Origin: Cirrosporium novae-zelandiae | Taxonomy: Eukaryota | Assembly (NCBI GenBank): GCA_026023565.1 | Contig: JAPETS010000052.1 | Span: 1 to 64,000 of the forward strand | DNA length: 64,000 nt | Direction of reading: 5' to 3' | Part shown: piece by piece, positions 23,894 through 36,850 of the stretch | Numbering within the stretch: the stretch's first letter is position 1 | How the letters are laid out: each line of letters begins with the position of its first letter | Notes under the pieces: generated by a model | What the model was told of the DNA's origin: nothing | The model's input: only the letters and a program-made list of their open reading frames with translations | Database searches by the model: none | Translations under genes and position numbers: made by a program

Positions 23894-24787
23894 CTAACAA
23901 ACATTCATCGGGAGGTTGCCGGATGGACTGCCGATTTCGTGAGCAGCTACTGCATTCCAATAGAAATTAGGGAGTGTTGATACTATTGAGGTTGGAGGTG
24001 TTGGAAATGATAACGCATTGAAGTCCTAGCCATTATTGAATGGTCTAGATACATCACTAGAAACACTGATAGGGCTGATTGGGGGCCCGGCTATAGACCG
24101 TATTTCATATCAATTGGCGACCTTAGGTGGAGGCGTAGAGGTAGGAACAAAACATGCCAACGATGGTGGAGGGGGTGGATCTGTAATCAACGGGGCTCCC
24201 AGACCCTATCCTTGTTCATAAAGAGGAATTCTGGTAATAATTTGTTAGTCTTTTGAATTTTTAGTAGTTTATAAGAGAGTGCGAGAATACGGTAGACAAA
24301 GAGAGATTTGCTGCTCTGGAGTAGGATTAGGTAGCTCCATCATATTTTCTTCATTAAATCCCATGTCATGTTCACATACGTCGTTCTAAAGTTCATAAAC
24401 ATCTCTCTAGCTTGCCGCTATACATCTTTCCGTTATTAGTTTTCTCTTGCAAATTGAAATGGCCCTTATATCCGGATAGGAATACAACTCATGGTTCCCA
24501 AAATCAAGGACAAACCAATACTAAACCCTCCGTCTATTATTGATGAATTCGACATCATTAATACGGAACACGGTACCAACTAGGGATTATTCATAGCATC
24601 TTGGGAGGGCTTTAGACGATAGATCCAAAGAATCTCGTGTTTCAACTCGAGGTCTGTGTTGGCTAGTGCACTTCCATTTAGAAGCGAACTTAAAGAGGAT
24701 ATGGTGAGGTTTAAGTCGTAGCGAGTATGGAAAATTCTTCAAGCAAATAAATATAAGAAAAGCCCTTAAATTATTTCCTAGAAGCAA
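23894..24787 (-). pseudogene. Degenerate spliced gene of unknown family
   Basis: One reading frame runs from 24787 through a 60-nt intron (GTATTC...ACTAAC...CAG, 24290-24231) to about 23894. It has 7 internal stops, mostly TAG, and a P/S-rich C-terminal part. Confidence 0.35.
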
Positions 24788-25528
24788 TCGGGGGATGTAG
24801 ATATCAAGAGGAGAGTTAGACTATGGTGAAATAATAAAATAGGAGGATAGGTGGTCTCCATCACGTTCCCTAGATCAATATCTTTTTCAGTCACTGTATC
24901 ACTAGGACAATCATCAAGCGATATTGGTGATAGTTTCCGTGCTTTTGGCCATAACAATAGTTATAACAAATCAAGGAGGCCGTGGACTGAGATATACATT
25001 TATTTCGAAATGCTTTGGGGCGTTTCTACATGGGATATCTTGGTTTCAAGGATCAAGAATAGAAATAGATCTGTAGATACGGATTTAAATTTTGTGTAGA
25101 CCGCAACAGATTTTGGCTTGGGCAAGTCAGAATGCTCCTCTACTTAGGAGCTCATACTTGAGCTCCACACTAAAGGAGAAACAAGAGAGTACTTCAAGCT
25201 ATATGACACAATGTACACGAGGTCCTAGGAGGGAATCATTATATGTATTATTCCTAAGTACTTTCATTGATTGTAGGAGTCATACACGTGCCATCGTGTT
25301 TGCTTCTTAGCCAGTACATATGTATATTTCTATACCGCAAGGTTCCAGCAAATAAATTCCGAATGTATTGGTGGTGAATAATGCTGTATCAGGCATCTGA
25401 AAAATCGCCCAATCTAGAGACCTTGATGTAAAGTGAGGTTAAAGAATAAGACTGAAGATCAGATATCTACTTTCTGCTTTTTCGTAGTTCGGATTAAGCT
25501 CTGGTTCCGCAGGGCACCTTTAGCCCAC

Positions 25529-25537
25529 TCACGTGAC
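25529..25537 (+). promoter_or_regulatory. Cbf1-type E-box TCACGTGAC in the RPL25 promoter
   Basis: Lies about 105 bp upstream of the RPL25 ATG, next to an inverted AGGGC...AGCCC half-site pair (25511-25526). Confidence 0.45.
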
Positions 25538-25640
25538 GCACAGTGTTCTCCAAGCGAGTAAGCGAAATTCCTTGAACATTGATTTTAGAGCGACGAATTC
25601 ACGACAATCATCACTTTCACGGAGTTAATCAACAGCAACA

Positions 25641-26443
25641 ATGGCCCCAAAGGAGGAAAAGAAGACCGCAAAGAAGGGTAAGAGGATCTCTTCCATATCA
25701 TGGTTTGGAGCAATAAATTGGGTCGGATAACATCTGGCGCGATTCTGGACATTCTGAACATTTCCCAAGCCAGCTGGATATCTACTGCAAAGAAGACAAT
25801 TGATTCAGCACTCGTCATCTCCGTTTTCTTCATCCTGAAATTACTGGAATTTTGAAATTTATACTGACATGAAGATCACAGGCGGCAAGCCCAAGGCCAG
25901 CGCAAAAGCCCAACAAGCTGCAAAGGCTACACTTAAGGGTGTACGTCCCCCAATACTCAACCGTCTTCTTTAAATTCGCGCCTAACATCTCATCCTCCAT
26001 CCAGGGACACTCCCAGAAAGTCCGCAAAGTCCGTTTCTCGACCTCCTTCCACCGCCCCAAGACCCTCCAACTCTCACGCACACCCAAATACCCCCGCAAA
26101 TCGATCCCCCATGAGCCTCGACTCGACAAGCACAAGGTGATCATTCACCCTCTAAACACAGAGAGTGCAATGAAGAAAATCGAAGAAAACAACACATTGG
26201 TTTTCATTGTTGATGTTAAGGCAAACAAGAGGCAGATTAAGGATGCCCTGAAGAAGCTGTATGATGTTGATACCATCAAGGTTAACACTTTGATTAGGTT
26301 TGTATTGATTCTTTACCATGGTAATTACTGGCAAACTAATAATTTATACCTGCAGACCCGACGGCTCAAAGAAAGCTTTCGCTAGATTAACGCCAGACGT
26401 TGATGCGTTAGACATTGCAGCTACCAAACTCGCAATTGTTTAA
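25641..26443 (+). CDS. RPL25: 60S ribosomal protein uL23 (L25/L23a); exons 25641-25677, 25882-25940, 26005-26297, 26356-26443
   Basis: MAPK...[26 protein letters not shown]...[31 protein letters not shown]...[34 protein letters not shown], with three GT-AG introns. Confidence 0.98.
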
Positions 26444-27659
26444 ACGAGTGTTTCTTACAGGTGGTGACGGGGAAGGAGATTTTGAAGACCAGTTTCGATG
26501 AGGCATACCTAGATAAGAATTGCGGATACCTAGGCTTTATGGAAATGAAATGACACTTTGCTGTGTATGAATGGGCGCATAGCAAAACGCAACGCAAGCT
26601 GCAAGCTGCAAAAGTTTTCCCAATGATAGCTATTTTATCTCAAAGATGGGAATTTTGAGCCCTGAAATCCCTGTACCATTAACCGACTTGACCTAGTAAT
26701 CCTTTTTGAGGAAGACATCTGATCGTACTAATATGTAGCTTCTAATAGTCAATACTATCATACTTACCCTACTACCAAGGGAATACGATAGCTATGACCT
26801 CGAAAAAGTACCAGATATTGAGGCTTCTGCCCTCATAAGCCTTTATCGCTACTATATCAAACGAGTATGAACCGGTAGCCCTGAGGTGTCATACCTCGAC
26901 GAAGAGTCTATTGTCACTTCTTAGTAGAATATTCGCTATTGATATCCAGGAGTTTCAAAACCAGACACTAATATTCTTTAGTTTCATTATCAAGGACCAA
27001 CTGAATACAAAGTCAGAGATTGGAGAAGACATGTCAACATGAATAATAATAGAAACATTGACTTTGAATATACATAGCCTTGGTCTGAGATATTGAGTTA
27101 CGCACTGTACCGTACCATGCTCAATATAATATGCAATACTAGGTTACTCAGTAACCTAGTCAACTTTTGGTAACTCAATAGGAACTGGTTATTATATTAT
27201 ACGTTAGCTTGTTGGTGATAAGGAGGATAAGGAATCAAGCCCTAGGCGCAGACTGTCGCCAAGCTAGATAATAGCTGATTGGCCCAGCAGAATTCACGTG
27301 CGATGGCGTCAACGTGAGAAATAAATATATCTTGAGGACACAGGTCAATTCAAATATTTTTCACGGCATAATCAAATATTCAATAGTCAATTTGGCAATA
27401 GTATTCACGAATGACCTTGATTTTAGGACAGTTGTTGGGCATAGAGCCCTCTGCCTTCGTGAAAGCAACCAGCAGACCTTCGCAGGTATTTCAAAGACCG
27501 CAATCAAATCCCAATCAAGCCGAAGGAATAATTGATAAACCAACAAACATGAGAAGATTCAAGGAGAAATCAACGTCAACAAGGGAAGAAGACAAGAGGG
27601 TAAATTCCTCATCACCTCTCTTACTCTTCCTGTTAAACCCAATGATTCGACCATGTTAG

Positions 27660-28619
27660 CAACACTCTGTATTGTTCAACTTCAAAATTCAAGGTACCTT
27701 CGACATGAATCTAAAGCCAGATCCTCCATTGAGCTTACACAAAGCATCGCCATTGAATACCTTATAGCGATGGTGCTCACAGTAGCAGAACCATGCATTA
27801 CTCCTGTCCTACCGTTTCCTTAGAACCTAACAGCTGAGGAGCAATGGATAGAGACGCCTTTGAACGCACATGTCGAGTTAGAGCCCAAGCTAGAAATTTC
27901 AGATTCCTAAAGAGGCTCCAAAAGGATCTGGCATCGTCCTAGGTTTTCGTTATATCGACTATGCAGCATCCTTCTACCCTACATATGAACATGTACCAAC
28001 CATGATATTATTTTTCCGTGAGCTAAAATCTTCGGACAAGCCGGAACACTTTTTTTTAGCATGAGGTGCTGCTACATTGTTTATAGGGTCCATAATTATG
28101 AGTTCGGCGGTTGATACACAATGTACTTACAGTCAAAATCTTCTGGTGTCAGACGATGATAATTGGCTAATTAACTAATAGAGAGTTTGATGCTCGTCAG
28201 ACTCCCACATCTATCCGCAACTTTCCTCTCCGCATATTTGAGCTAGTTTTCATTGGCCAGGGCTGCTTATTCACAATAGTCTTGACGAGGATTGTTAAGT
28301 GCCCGAGGAGCAATGGCGTTTCACCGGGGTATTGAACCTTGTTAAACTTCAACACCTTCATATCTCTGATCAGAGAAATTACTTTGCATTTGCGCTGACG
28401 GACCCATCTTTGCAATATGGTCATTTGTCAGACTTTTCTGATGCCGGCACGATTGGGTACACCATTGACGTTAACAAACGGTCTGAAGTACGAGTATTTT
28501 CATTCCGAAAAAGTATCATTTGTGGCTTATACATGGAAGACAATGTCTCTTTCGGAGATTTTCTTGAGCATGGCAGACTATCAAAACACGCGGATGAACA
28601 CTTCATAAGATCTCTCTAG
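27660..28619 (+). pseudogene. Probable pseudogene of a fungal PD-(D/E)xK nuclease-fold family protein
   Basis: Ordered motif remnants ESKARSSIE, ETPLNAHV, YIDYA...LFFRELK and YGHLSD...YTIDVNKRSEV are broken by stops (TAG 27821, TAA 27908) and frameshifts. Confidence 0.35.
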
Positions 28620-29118
28620 TTTTCACTGAGCATCACATTCCATGTACGATGCCTGCATTCTATTTTAACGATTATCACTGTTATGATCATTTCATCATTA
28701 TAGCTATCTAGATGTTATGAGCGTTACATATAGGTACTACTAAGCTGCAAAGGCTGGTGGTCACCGACCTCGCCGACCTCAATTTGGTGGCCTCCCTCTC
28801 CAACCCCCTGGATTATCAATGCTTCTATGGCAGGATAGCTCACCATAGTCGCATATTGATTCATTAACTACTGAAATGGATGAGACCAACAAGCAAAGCT
28901 TTATGGTCTAAAAGCAACGGTCGTTCCGAGGCTTCCGTTAGCCTACTGCGCATCACGGCTCGGGGAGAATGTGAATAATAGATTAATACACTCTGTCATA
29001 TAATAATGCTCTATTGTGAGTATAAAGTAGTTGCTGTAATCCGTCATGAACACTTCAATCTATATCCAATTCTCAAGATTATTACCCATCGTCTTTGTGT
29101 GTTGAATATTTTATCAAA

Positions 29119-29802
29119 ATGAATACTCTATCAATTCTTCTTACGACTTTTTCTCTGCTACCTGGACTATGCATCTCCACTGATTTTGTTCAGCAATTTG
29201 GCCTTGTTGGCCCTCAGAACCTTATGCTCCTCCTAAATGGCTTTCACTTCATCAGTGGACACTCTGACCAATATCTCCAAGCCAATCACCATTGCGTGGT
29301 CATGAGTTCTGAATTCATCCAATGCGCGATCTACGTTCCTGGAACTAATCCTGCACGCTTAGCAGGTGTCGAGTATATCATTACTGGAGAGGCCTTTGCA
29401 AAACTTCCATACGAGGAGAAACAGCTTTGGCACAGTCACATGTTTGAAGTATCATCCGGATATCTTCTTGAGCCAGGCACACCTGATAACGTCGATCATG
29501 CAATTATGGAAATCCTAGTCAACTCCTATGGCAAAACTTGGCATACATGGCCATATGATTCCAAGAACGAAAGCCTCCCACTTGGGATCCCTGATCTGGT
29601 CAATGGATACACAGGCGGCGGACAGTTGCCTGATTCTCTGGTGGAAGAACGAGATGACGATTTCGGCACCAACACGACAGCGACGAAAATAGCTCGAGAG
29701 GACCTAACTGTTCCTACACCTCAGGCCGGAGCAGATGCATGGAAAGATGGAATCATATTGACACTTAGTCTCCACAATGCTACCGGCAACACAACATTTT
29801 AA
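29119..29802 (+). CDS. DUF1264/OBAP-family protein with an N-terminal signal peptide; intronless
   Basis: Family motifs LNGFH, ANHHC, QCAIY, RLAGVEYII, LPYEEKQLWHSHMFEV, YGKTWHTW and LPLGIP. Hydrophobic N-terminus MNTLSILLTTFSLLPGLCIS. TATAAA at 29021. Confidence 0.9.
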   Translation: MNTLSILLTTFSLLPGLCISTDFVQQFGLVGPQNLMLLLNGFHFISGHSDQYLQANHHCVVMSSEFIQCAIYVPGTNPARLAGVEYIITGEAFAKLPYEEKQLWHSHMFEVSSGYLLEPGTPDNVDHAIMEILVNSYGKTWHTWPYDSKNESLPLGIPDLVNGYTGGGQLPDSLVEERDDDFGTNTTATKIAREDLTVPTPQAGADAWKDGIILTLSLHNATGNTTF

Positions 29803-30278
29803 AGCGACAATGAGTATATGGTAAATTATCGATAGGAAAAATACATGAATAGAGGTTAGAGAAAGGGAGAGGAGGCATGGAATGTTAGAATATACCCCCC
29901 ACTCAACAATTAAACAGTTATGATATGGAAATTTATATAAAAAGATAGACAATAATTAGATACAGCGGGAAAAGGCCTCGGTAGTTGTAGGGCTGACATC
30001 ATCTCCAAACTTGCCAGTTAATTTATGAATAAAGTTCCATTCCCGTGCCGAAATGTACTTTAAAGTCCGACCAATGTTTCTCAAAGTGATTGGTTGAAAT
30101 CCTTTCGCAAGTTGTCATGGGTTATGATCGCAATGAACGGTGAACAGTATCCCCAGAATCTATTTCAACCTCGTCTTCAAAGAACCTCAAGCTTCAAACC
30201 GACCTTACTCATGCATAGGTCACGAGTGAAGGATCGCTGTTGAACGACTCCGACTAGGAGTCATGCATTGCAAGTCTG

Positions 30279-32803
30279 ATGGATCAAACGTCTGGGAAAG
30301 ATGAAATGCCCAGTATGGTTGCCACTCATCAACGCTTTGTTTTCTCAGATCCAATAGCTTTTAGGTATTTATATCGCCTGCATAGTTGATATATTTAACT
30401 CATCTTTGCAACAGATATCTGGAAGAGGACCCTTCCACCACCGTCATTGAGCGTCAACGTCGATTAGAAGGGTATGAGATATACTGCGTCGAACAATGGG
30501 CCTGTTCCCGAATCCACCCTACCTTCATAATAACAAATTACACCGGAGATCCTACACACTCGATAGTCGTCAGCATTCTCAGTATACCTACCGATGAGGA
30601 AACATGGTCCCCTCGGCTGAAGGTATATTTCAAGGCACTTTCTCAGTTTCATGCTCGTAGAAAAGAAACACGACTAGGAATATTGATGGTCACAAACTTG
30701 AGTGGCTTTCCTTCGGCGTTAACAGTCATACCGGTTCCAGATGGCGATGTCAAACTACACCGACAGGATTTTATTGTCAATGAGGATTTGAAACGACTAG
30801 GTTGTTCTGGACGAGCTGGCTTGAACCTACAACCTCCGTTGCCTGCCACTGTATCAAAATTCCACCAGCTGTATCGGACTAGCGACCGTGTACCTTTATA
30901 TAAAGCTGTTACTGAACTTGTGAGACTATGTCAGGTAGCTCTGATGATATTTGCTAAGCTGGAGCCTGCCTATGTTGATGGTCTACTATGCGATGTAACA
31001 GAACGTGGCATTAATGATTGGTGGACGGATGTTGGTACAGAATTATACAATATTGAACCTAGCGATGGAATACTAGGACCAATGACCGTCTCCGCACTCC
31101 TTGGTATGTTAATGGGAGCAAGAAACCGCTTGAATCAGTACGGTGCACCTGTTCCCAAGGATGCTTTTGACGTCATTGGTCTGAAACGAGGTATCTCAAA
31201 TTTCCAAAGATCTCAAAAAATTCCCAAAACGCGACGACTGGACAGACAGACTCTTGATAGGTTACACAGGGTCACCGCCAAAGCGGCCAGCGGCGAAGGG
31301 TGGGGAGTGCCAAAGGCCGTCAAGTCTACAGTAGCTGAACTTAGCGGGAAGGGGGGTGAGATGGTTATGAGCATGGTTGGAGTCAGAGAAAAGGCGGGAA
31401 TAGCGGATATCGAGACTGTCGATATTGAACGCTTTGTCCAGCTAATACACGGGGAAACAGCCAAATGTTTATGGTATGGCAAGACACGGAAATATGGCAC
31501 AATCGACAAGCTTGGTGATCACGGAGATTTATTCTTCAGTGGAGACGACCATCGAGGCTATGCATGGTCGACTAAAAAATGGGGCTCTGAGGAAGACACT
31601 CTACCGACCAGGCAACGACTAAATGAGGCACGACCTTCTACTGCGATTGATCCTGGGGCTTTGAAGACTGACGTCGAGGATGCCGCCCAAGAGGACAATA
31701 AACCTCTTACCAGGTCCGCATCAGCAAAGCCAATAAGCGGGCTCGGGAAAATCAAGGATGCTGCTGTAGGTATTACCGGTATCTCTAGATCCCATCATCA
31801 TAAACAACCCAAGGAGGATGACGAGGCAACAGAGCAGCGGGATTCAGCGACCGGCACGAACTTGCTAGTATCATCTTCCCCTTCCCTTGAAAAGGCCAAA
31901 TCGGGTATTCTGACTACTCCAGAGAAAGGCGGTCAGCCAAAGCTAAGTTTGGATATACAGAGAATCCGATCTGGAATGGATGCGATATTCAGTATGGACC
32001 CGCAGCCTCTGTCCCCTGATTCGGAATATGATGATACCGGGTTATTTCGCGTTGGTAGCTATCCACAAACTCCTAGCCCGGCTGCTGAAGCTATCCAGCT
32101 CACTCGTGCTATCCACAGCATTGACAGTGACGACTTAATGCGCGACTTAACAAAAGATATGGGAATCTTCCTACGCCGTACCAAAAGCCATTCTGGCACC
32201 TTCCCCGAACGAGTTTCGGGGAAGCATGAGAGCTGGTGGCCTCGCCACCTCTCTTTTAGTACCATTGAAGATGCTGTGCAGTCATGGAGGCCTCTAGAAT
32301 CCGATGACTTTGTAGATCTTGCAGATACGGATACCCTCGAGATCCTCCGAAAAGGCAAATTTCTTCTGGACGAAGCCCGAGAACTCGGTCAGAAACTACT
32401 CGAGGCCAAACGGGACGTTGGTGGATGGGCCGAGCAGCAAGTGGAGGACGTTGAGCGCTACGACACACAGATCGGAAAAGATCATGAGGAACTTGAGACC
32501 CTATACGTGCAGCATGTTGAAGATATGGATCGGCTGCGCGAGCTGTGTGAATTAAACGAAGAAAAGGGTACTATCAATGAGGAGATTAGACATATCGAAA
32601 ACCTAGAAGCGAAATTGGAGTATGAACTGAACGCCCTACAATCTAGGGTTGCAGATGCAGAGGATGGGATCGAAGAATTTCGGAAGCAAGTCAGTGACGT
32701 CGAGAAGAGGGTTGATGACCTGTGTGAAAGTGGAGGAAAACAAAAGGCAGGATGGACTTGGATGTTCTGGAAGAAGCAACAATATTCTAATAAAGCAGAC
32801 TGA
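30279..32803 (+). CDS. STB6: Stb2/Stb6-like Sin3-binding protein; exons 30279-30364 and 30415-32803 (start uncertain)
   Basis: HQRFVFSDPIAFR|YLEED, GYEIYCVEQWACSR, LMVTNLSGFPSALTVIPVPDGD, FIVNEDLKRLGCSGR and DGLLCDVTE, with a C-terminal coiled coil. A 50-nt GT-AG intron keeps the frame. Confidence 0.9.
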
Positions 32804-33052
32804 AAATGATAGCCATACGACAGTTGGATTTTTGATACGGACGTGGTTCTAGGGTTCGAAATTTTACATTTGTTTTTTTATTCATCAAAAAGAAAAATCT
32901 CGAGATACCCACTCAGCGCAACAAAAAAAAATCAAAGAGGCAGAGAGAGTCATCAACTTATTTCCATCTTATGCAAGCCCAGCACCTATTATCAGAATAA
33001 CTACTAAAGTCACAATTAAATATCCCAGGTAACAACAATTACTTAGTCTGGA

Positions 33053-35258
33053 TCAAACCAGCCTGATCATCCTAGTCTGAAGACTATCTTCCAACCATAT
33101 CTCGCCATTCATGATGCCATGGACATAGGCAGGGCCGATAAAGTGATAGCCGCCATCAATAGCACGCCGAAGAATTATGGGCATCTCCATACCAGGCAAT
33201 AATGCGATAACATCACCCTGACGAACCGTAGTTTCGGCTGTACCCATATAGCCTGCTTCTGTTGTGAAGAATTTTTTTCCATATTGGTCTTTCCATATTC
33301 GGGTCTGGAACTCAAATTCGATATTCCTAAACTTCTCAAGACTTTTTATAGTCTGTTCGGGAGCCAGTGGCGAGAATGAGTTCGGCCTCTTGGCCTTAAA
33401 TCGAGCATGCGCCGACGCCACGGATGCTCTCTTTCTCTTGGTATCCTCTTCATTAAACGCTGTCATCGACTTGTACCATTCTATGAACGTCTCAGCACTA
33501 TCATCCGAGTCCAAGCGATACGATTCGTAATCTAAAGCATCATAAACCATTGTTTGTCTAAACGCTTCTTTTACTGGTTCTCCAGTGGGATAAGATCGCA
33601 AGCGTCGGGAACATTGAATCCATGACCCAAACGCTAGTACTGCGTCATATGATCGACTACAGCATCCTCCCCGATCACGGAGAATGTATCGCAGGTCGCT
33701 GCTTTCTACACCCGCGAAAGAAAGAGATTTTGCGCAGCGCTTAATTTTGTCGATGAGCTTTCCTGCCACGTAAAGACTCCGACCTCTGACATAAAAGGAA
33801 TATCGAGGCCCGCAGAGTGCAGCCTTGAATCTCTTGTACTGTTGATCGTGGCCAGTGCCATCGATATTCCACCCATTACTCCAGTCTGGAACCCACGAAG
33901 GCAATCTTTTCCTGCGTTGTGGCGAGGACACAAAATACAGGAGGCTGAGATTCTGGTCGTGCTGGATCACAGCCGTTGCAGCTTCTAGGTAGATTTGTTC
34001 GACGGACTTCGAGTAGTCTGGTTTGGGGAACATGATACCCAGTTCGCGGAGGATGCCATCAAGGGCAAATATCTTGTCTCTCGGATCCATGCACTGCTGC
34101 CTTCGAGCGAGATCCAAGAGTGCCAAGGTTGACGAAAACATTGGGAAAAAGTCGTTGAACTCGGGCCGCACAACTTTCGGATTGGTTCTCCTTCTGTGAA
34201 GAGGAGCTTCATGAAGCCTAGGGTCCATTTTCGCTTTGAGTAGCATGTCGAGTTGGTAATGTGAGTGGAATGCATTTACCACTGCCTCGTCATCGTTCCG
34301 TAAATCTGGATAGAAGTACTTGTCATACGTCATCAACACGATATCCCACGAAATATTTTTCTTGCCACACTGCAGGATAGCTCGCTGGGATCTGGCAAGG
34401 ACACATTCTTGCAATGTCCACATCCGGGTGAAGTATGGGTTGTGAAAAATGTCTCTTAGAACGATTTTATACGAATCCTCAATGCTAGAAGATATCCCTA
34501 AATCACATGTTACGGATTAGTAATTAATGCCTTCAATATGCAAACATGAACAACAGGAATTGCCTACCTAGGTACCGCTTTCCCATACAATCCATCCAGC
34601 ACAAGAACAGTTCGAGACATCTGACTCGTTTCCTCTCATACTTATGAAACAGGTTACGATTTACCCTCCCCTGAGCTCTAGGCAACTTAATCTTTCTCGT
34701 AGCATCACCCGCCTTCTTATCATCGTCATTCTTTTCAGTATACTCGCCTGGCCATTTTTGGTTCCTATCCTCCAATAATTTCCTATCATGGGCGACGGCC
34801 TCCAAGTACTCGAAAGCCCTCGTGGTCTCCTTGGTAGATTCTCCAATCCAAATAACAACCCTCTCAGCCGACCTAAACACATCTCCCATTAGTTCAACCT
34901 GTTGCCCCCGTTCCCTCACTGAAGACTGATCGATACATATGGCATCTATCCACAAAAACCTTGGCTTGGTCCTTCGCCGTAGCCGCAGAAGGGCCTCCTC
35001 GCAGTTCCGGGTCACCAACAGTGTCTTCTCATAGCAGATGATAGGGCGATCCAGGCGGCGTTGTTGAGACGACGAGCCCCAAACATAGGAAACGGCCTCG
35101 TATCTAAGCGGGTTTGTCACACTGAGCGTCTTTTCCGTTAGTTGAATCCGGAGTTTGGACGAGCTCAGAAGGGCTGGGTCAAGTTGAATGATTCGGATGG
35201 AGCGGGAACTAGAGAGGGGAGTATATATATAATAATTATGATTCGTGCTTTTTTTCAT
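33053..35258 (-). CDS. HET-domain heterokaryon incompatibility protein (HET-6-like); exons 35258-34568 and 34497-33053
   Basis: HET motifs YEAVSYVWG, LWIDAICIDQ, ERGQQVELMGDVF and FTRMWTLQE, followed by DPRDKIFAL, LPSWVPDW and C-terminal GPAYVHGIMNGE. A 70-nt intron keeps the frame. Confidence 0.93.
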
Positions 35259-36850
35259 AGCTTTTTTCTTGTTTGTAATCACTCCAAGTCAAATAATCAC
35301 AACAAAGGTACTTGCTAGTAATTAGAACAAAATATTTGTGTTTTGCTGTTGGGTACAAAATAAATTGAATCGAAGGAGGAAGAAACTCACATATACAGAG
35401 ATAGGATTGTTAACAAAAAAAATTCGCGCAAAAAAAATAATTATCAAGTGAGCATGGATCCACGCCTCTGTGGCCATGTATGCAGGTTGTAGAAAAAAGG
35501 AATATAAAAAGCACCATTAAAACAAAGCAAGCGGCTTGGTACTCTGAGTGGTTTCTATACTCAGACGCTCAGTTGAAGATGCGTTGTTGTATCTACAATT
35601 ACCTATAAGAGGGAGAGGGAGGAGAGATTTATGGCAATGCCGCTCGCCATCGAGCTCAACGTCAGGGTTGAGTAAACATCAAATCATATACGATATCGAA
35701 ACGTAAAGCAGTATGTATTGTCCTCCTGCATGTTGCAGATTCAAGAGCTCGATGAGTTAAGCCAGAGGTCCTCATGTTTCTCCCTCCAGCTCTTGATAAG
35801 ACGCCAAGCAATAAGAGAAAATTGCTATCACATTTTTCATTTCTATGACTAAAGTAGATGTTTTTGGTTATAATCACAATTCATGTCACAATGATTTCTT
35901 TGAATGTAAAGCTTAGTACATGCCTGTTATCACTTTCCCACGTGTATATGCCTGCTGCTTCCCGTAGGTAAATAGTACCCTCCCAGCTATTACCAACAAC
36001 CTCCAAGCTTCTCCGAAGATAAGAACAGTCTTGTCGAAACACCATCCTAGTAACATATGTATGCTTGCGTGGATCTACCTTACCTATCATCTCTTATGTC
36101 ACGTATTCCGCTTGGCCAACAACACCATGAAGTAAACAAAGGACATAGACAAGATAGACAAGTATTCCACACACACACATACATATTATTCCTCAAGCCT
36201 CACCTCACGCGCCATGCTCTTCCTCACCATCATCCTCAAGGGACAACAGGCAATGAAAAGATATTAAGCCTTTAAAATTTACAAAAATTCCGTCCTGATC
36301 CAGATGGACCATAGACGAGTTGGTCGTTGAATAGTTTTCAACTAGCAAAAACGCAATCTCGGACGAATCCTCACTGATATGCGTAATGCCCGTGCACCTG
36401 GATGGAGAAAAAAAAGGAAAAAAAGAAGAGGAAGAGGGAGGGAAGAAGAAGTTCTTAAATAGCCCCAGACGCGCACGGACCAACTGTTGCCTAGTAGTGA
36501 ATCACTTCGGCTATATAGGCGCTAAGCCTCTATGGGAAGTTAAGTGAAGTGTGAGTTGTAAGCCTGAGGCCCAACCTTTTTTTTTCTAGTCCACCAACCT
36601 CAACTCACTTACTTGATGTACCTTAGCTTTTAAAGATCTTATTTTCTCAGTACACCACATGTCTATGAAACAATCCCGTATAAATACATCTACTGTCTTC
36701 AATTACGCCTTTCAATTTAAACAGTCAACTATCCGTCTGCTATCTACCTCCAATCACCAGTCTATCTGTTAGCTTATCAAGTAATTTGAAGTCAAGTTCA
36801 CTATCAGAACTAAGACAGCACTTATCTTCCGAAAAACAACATATTCCAAA

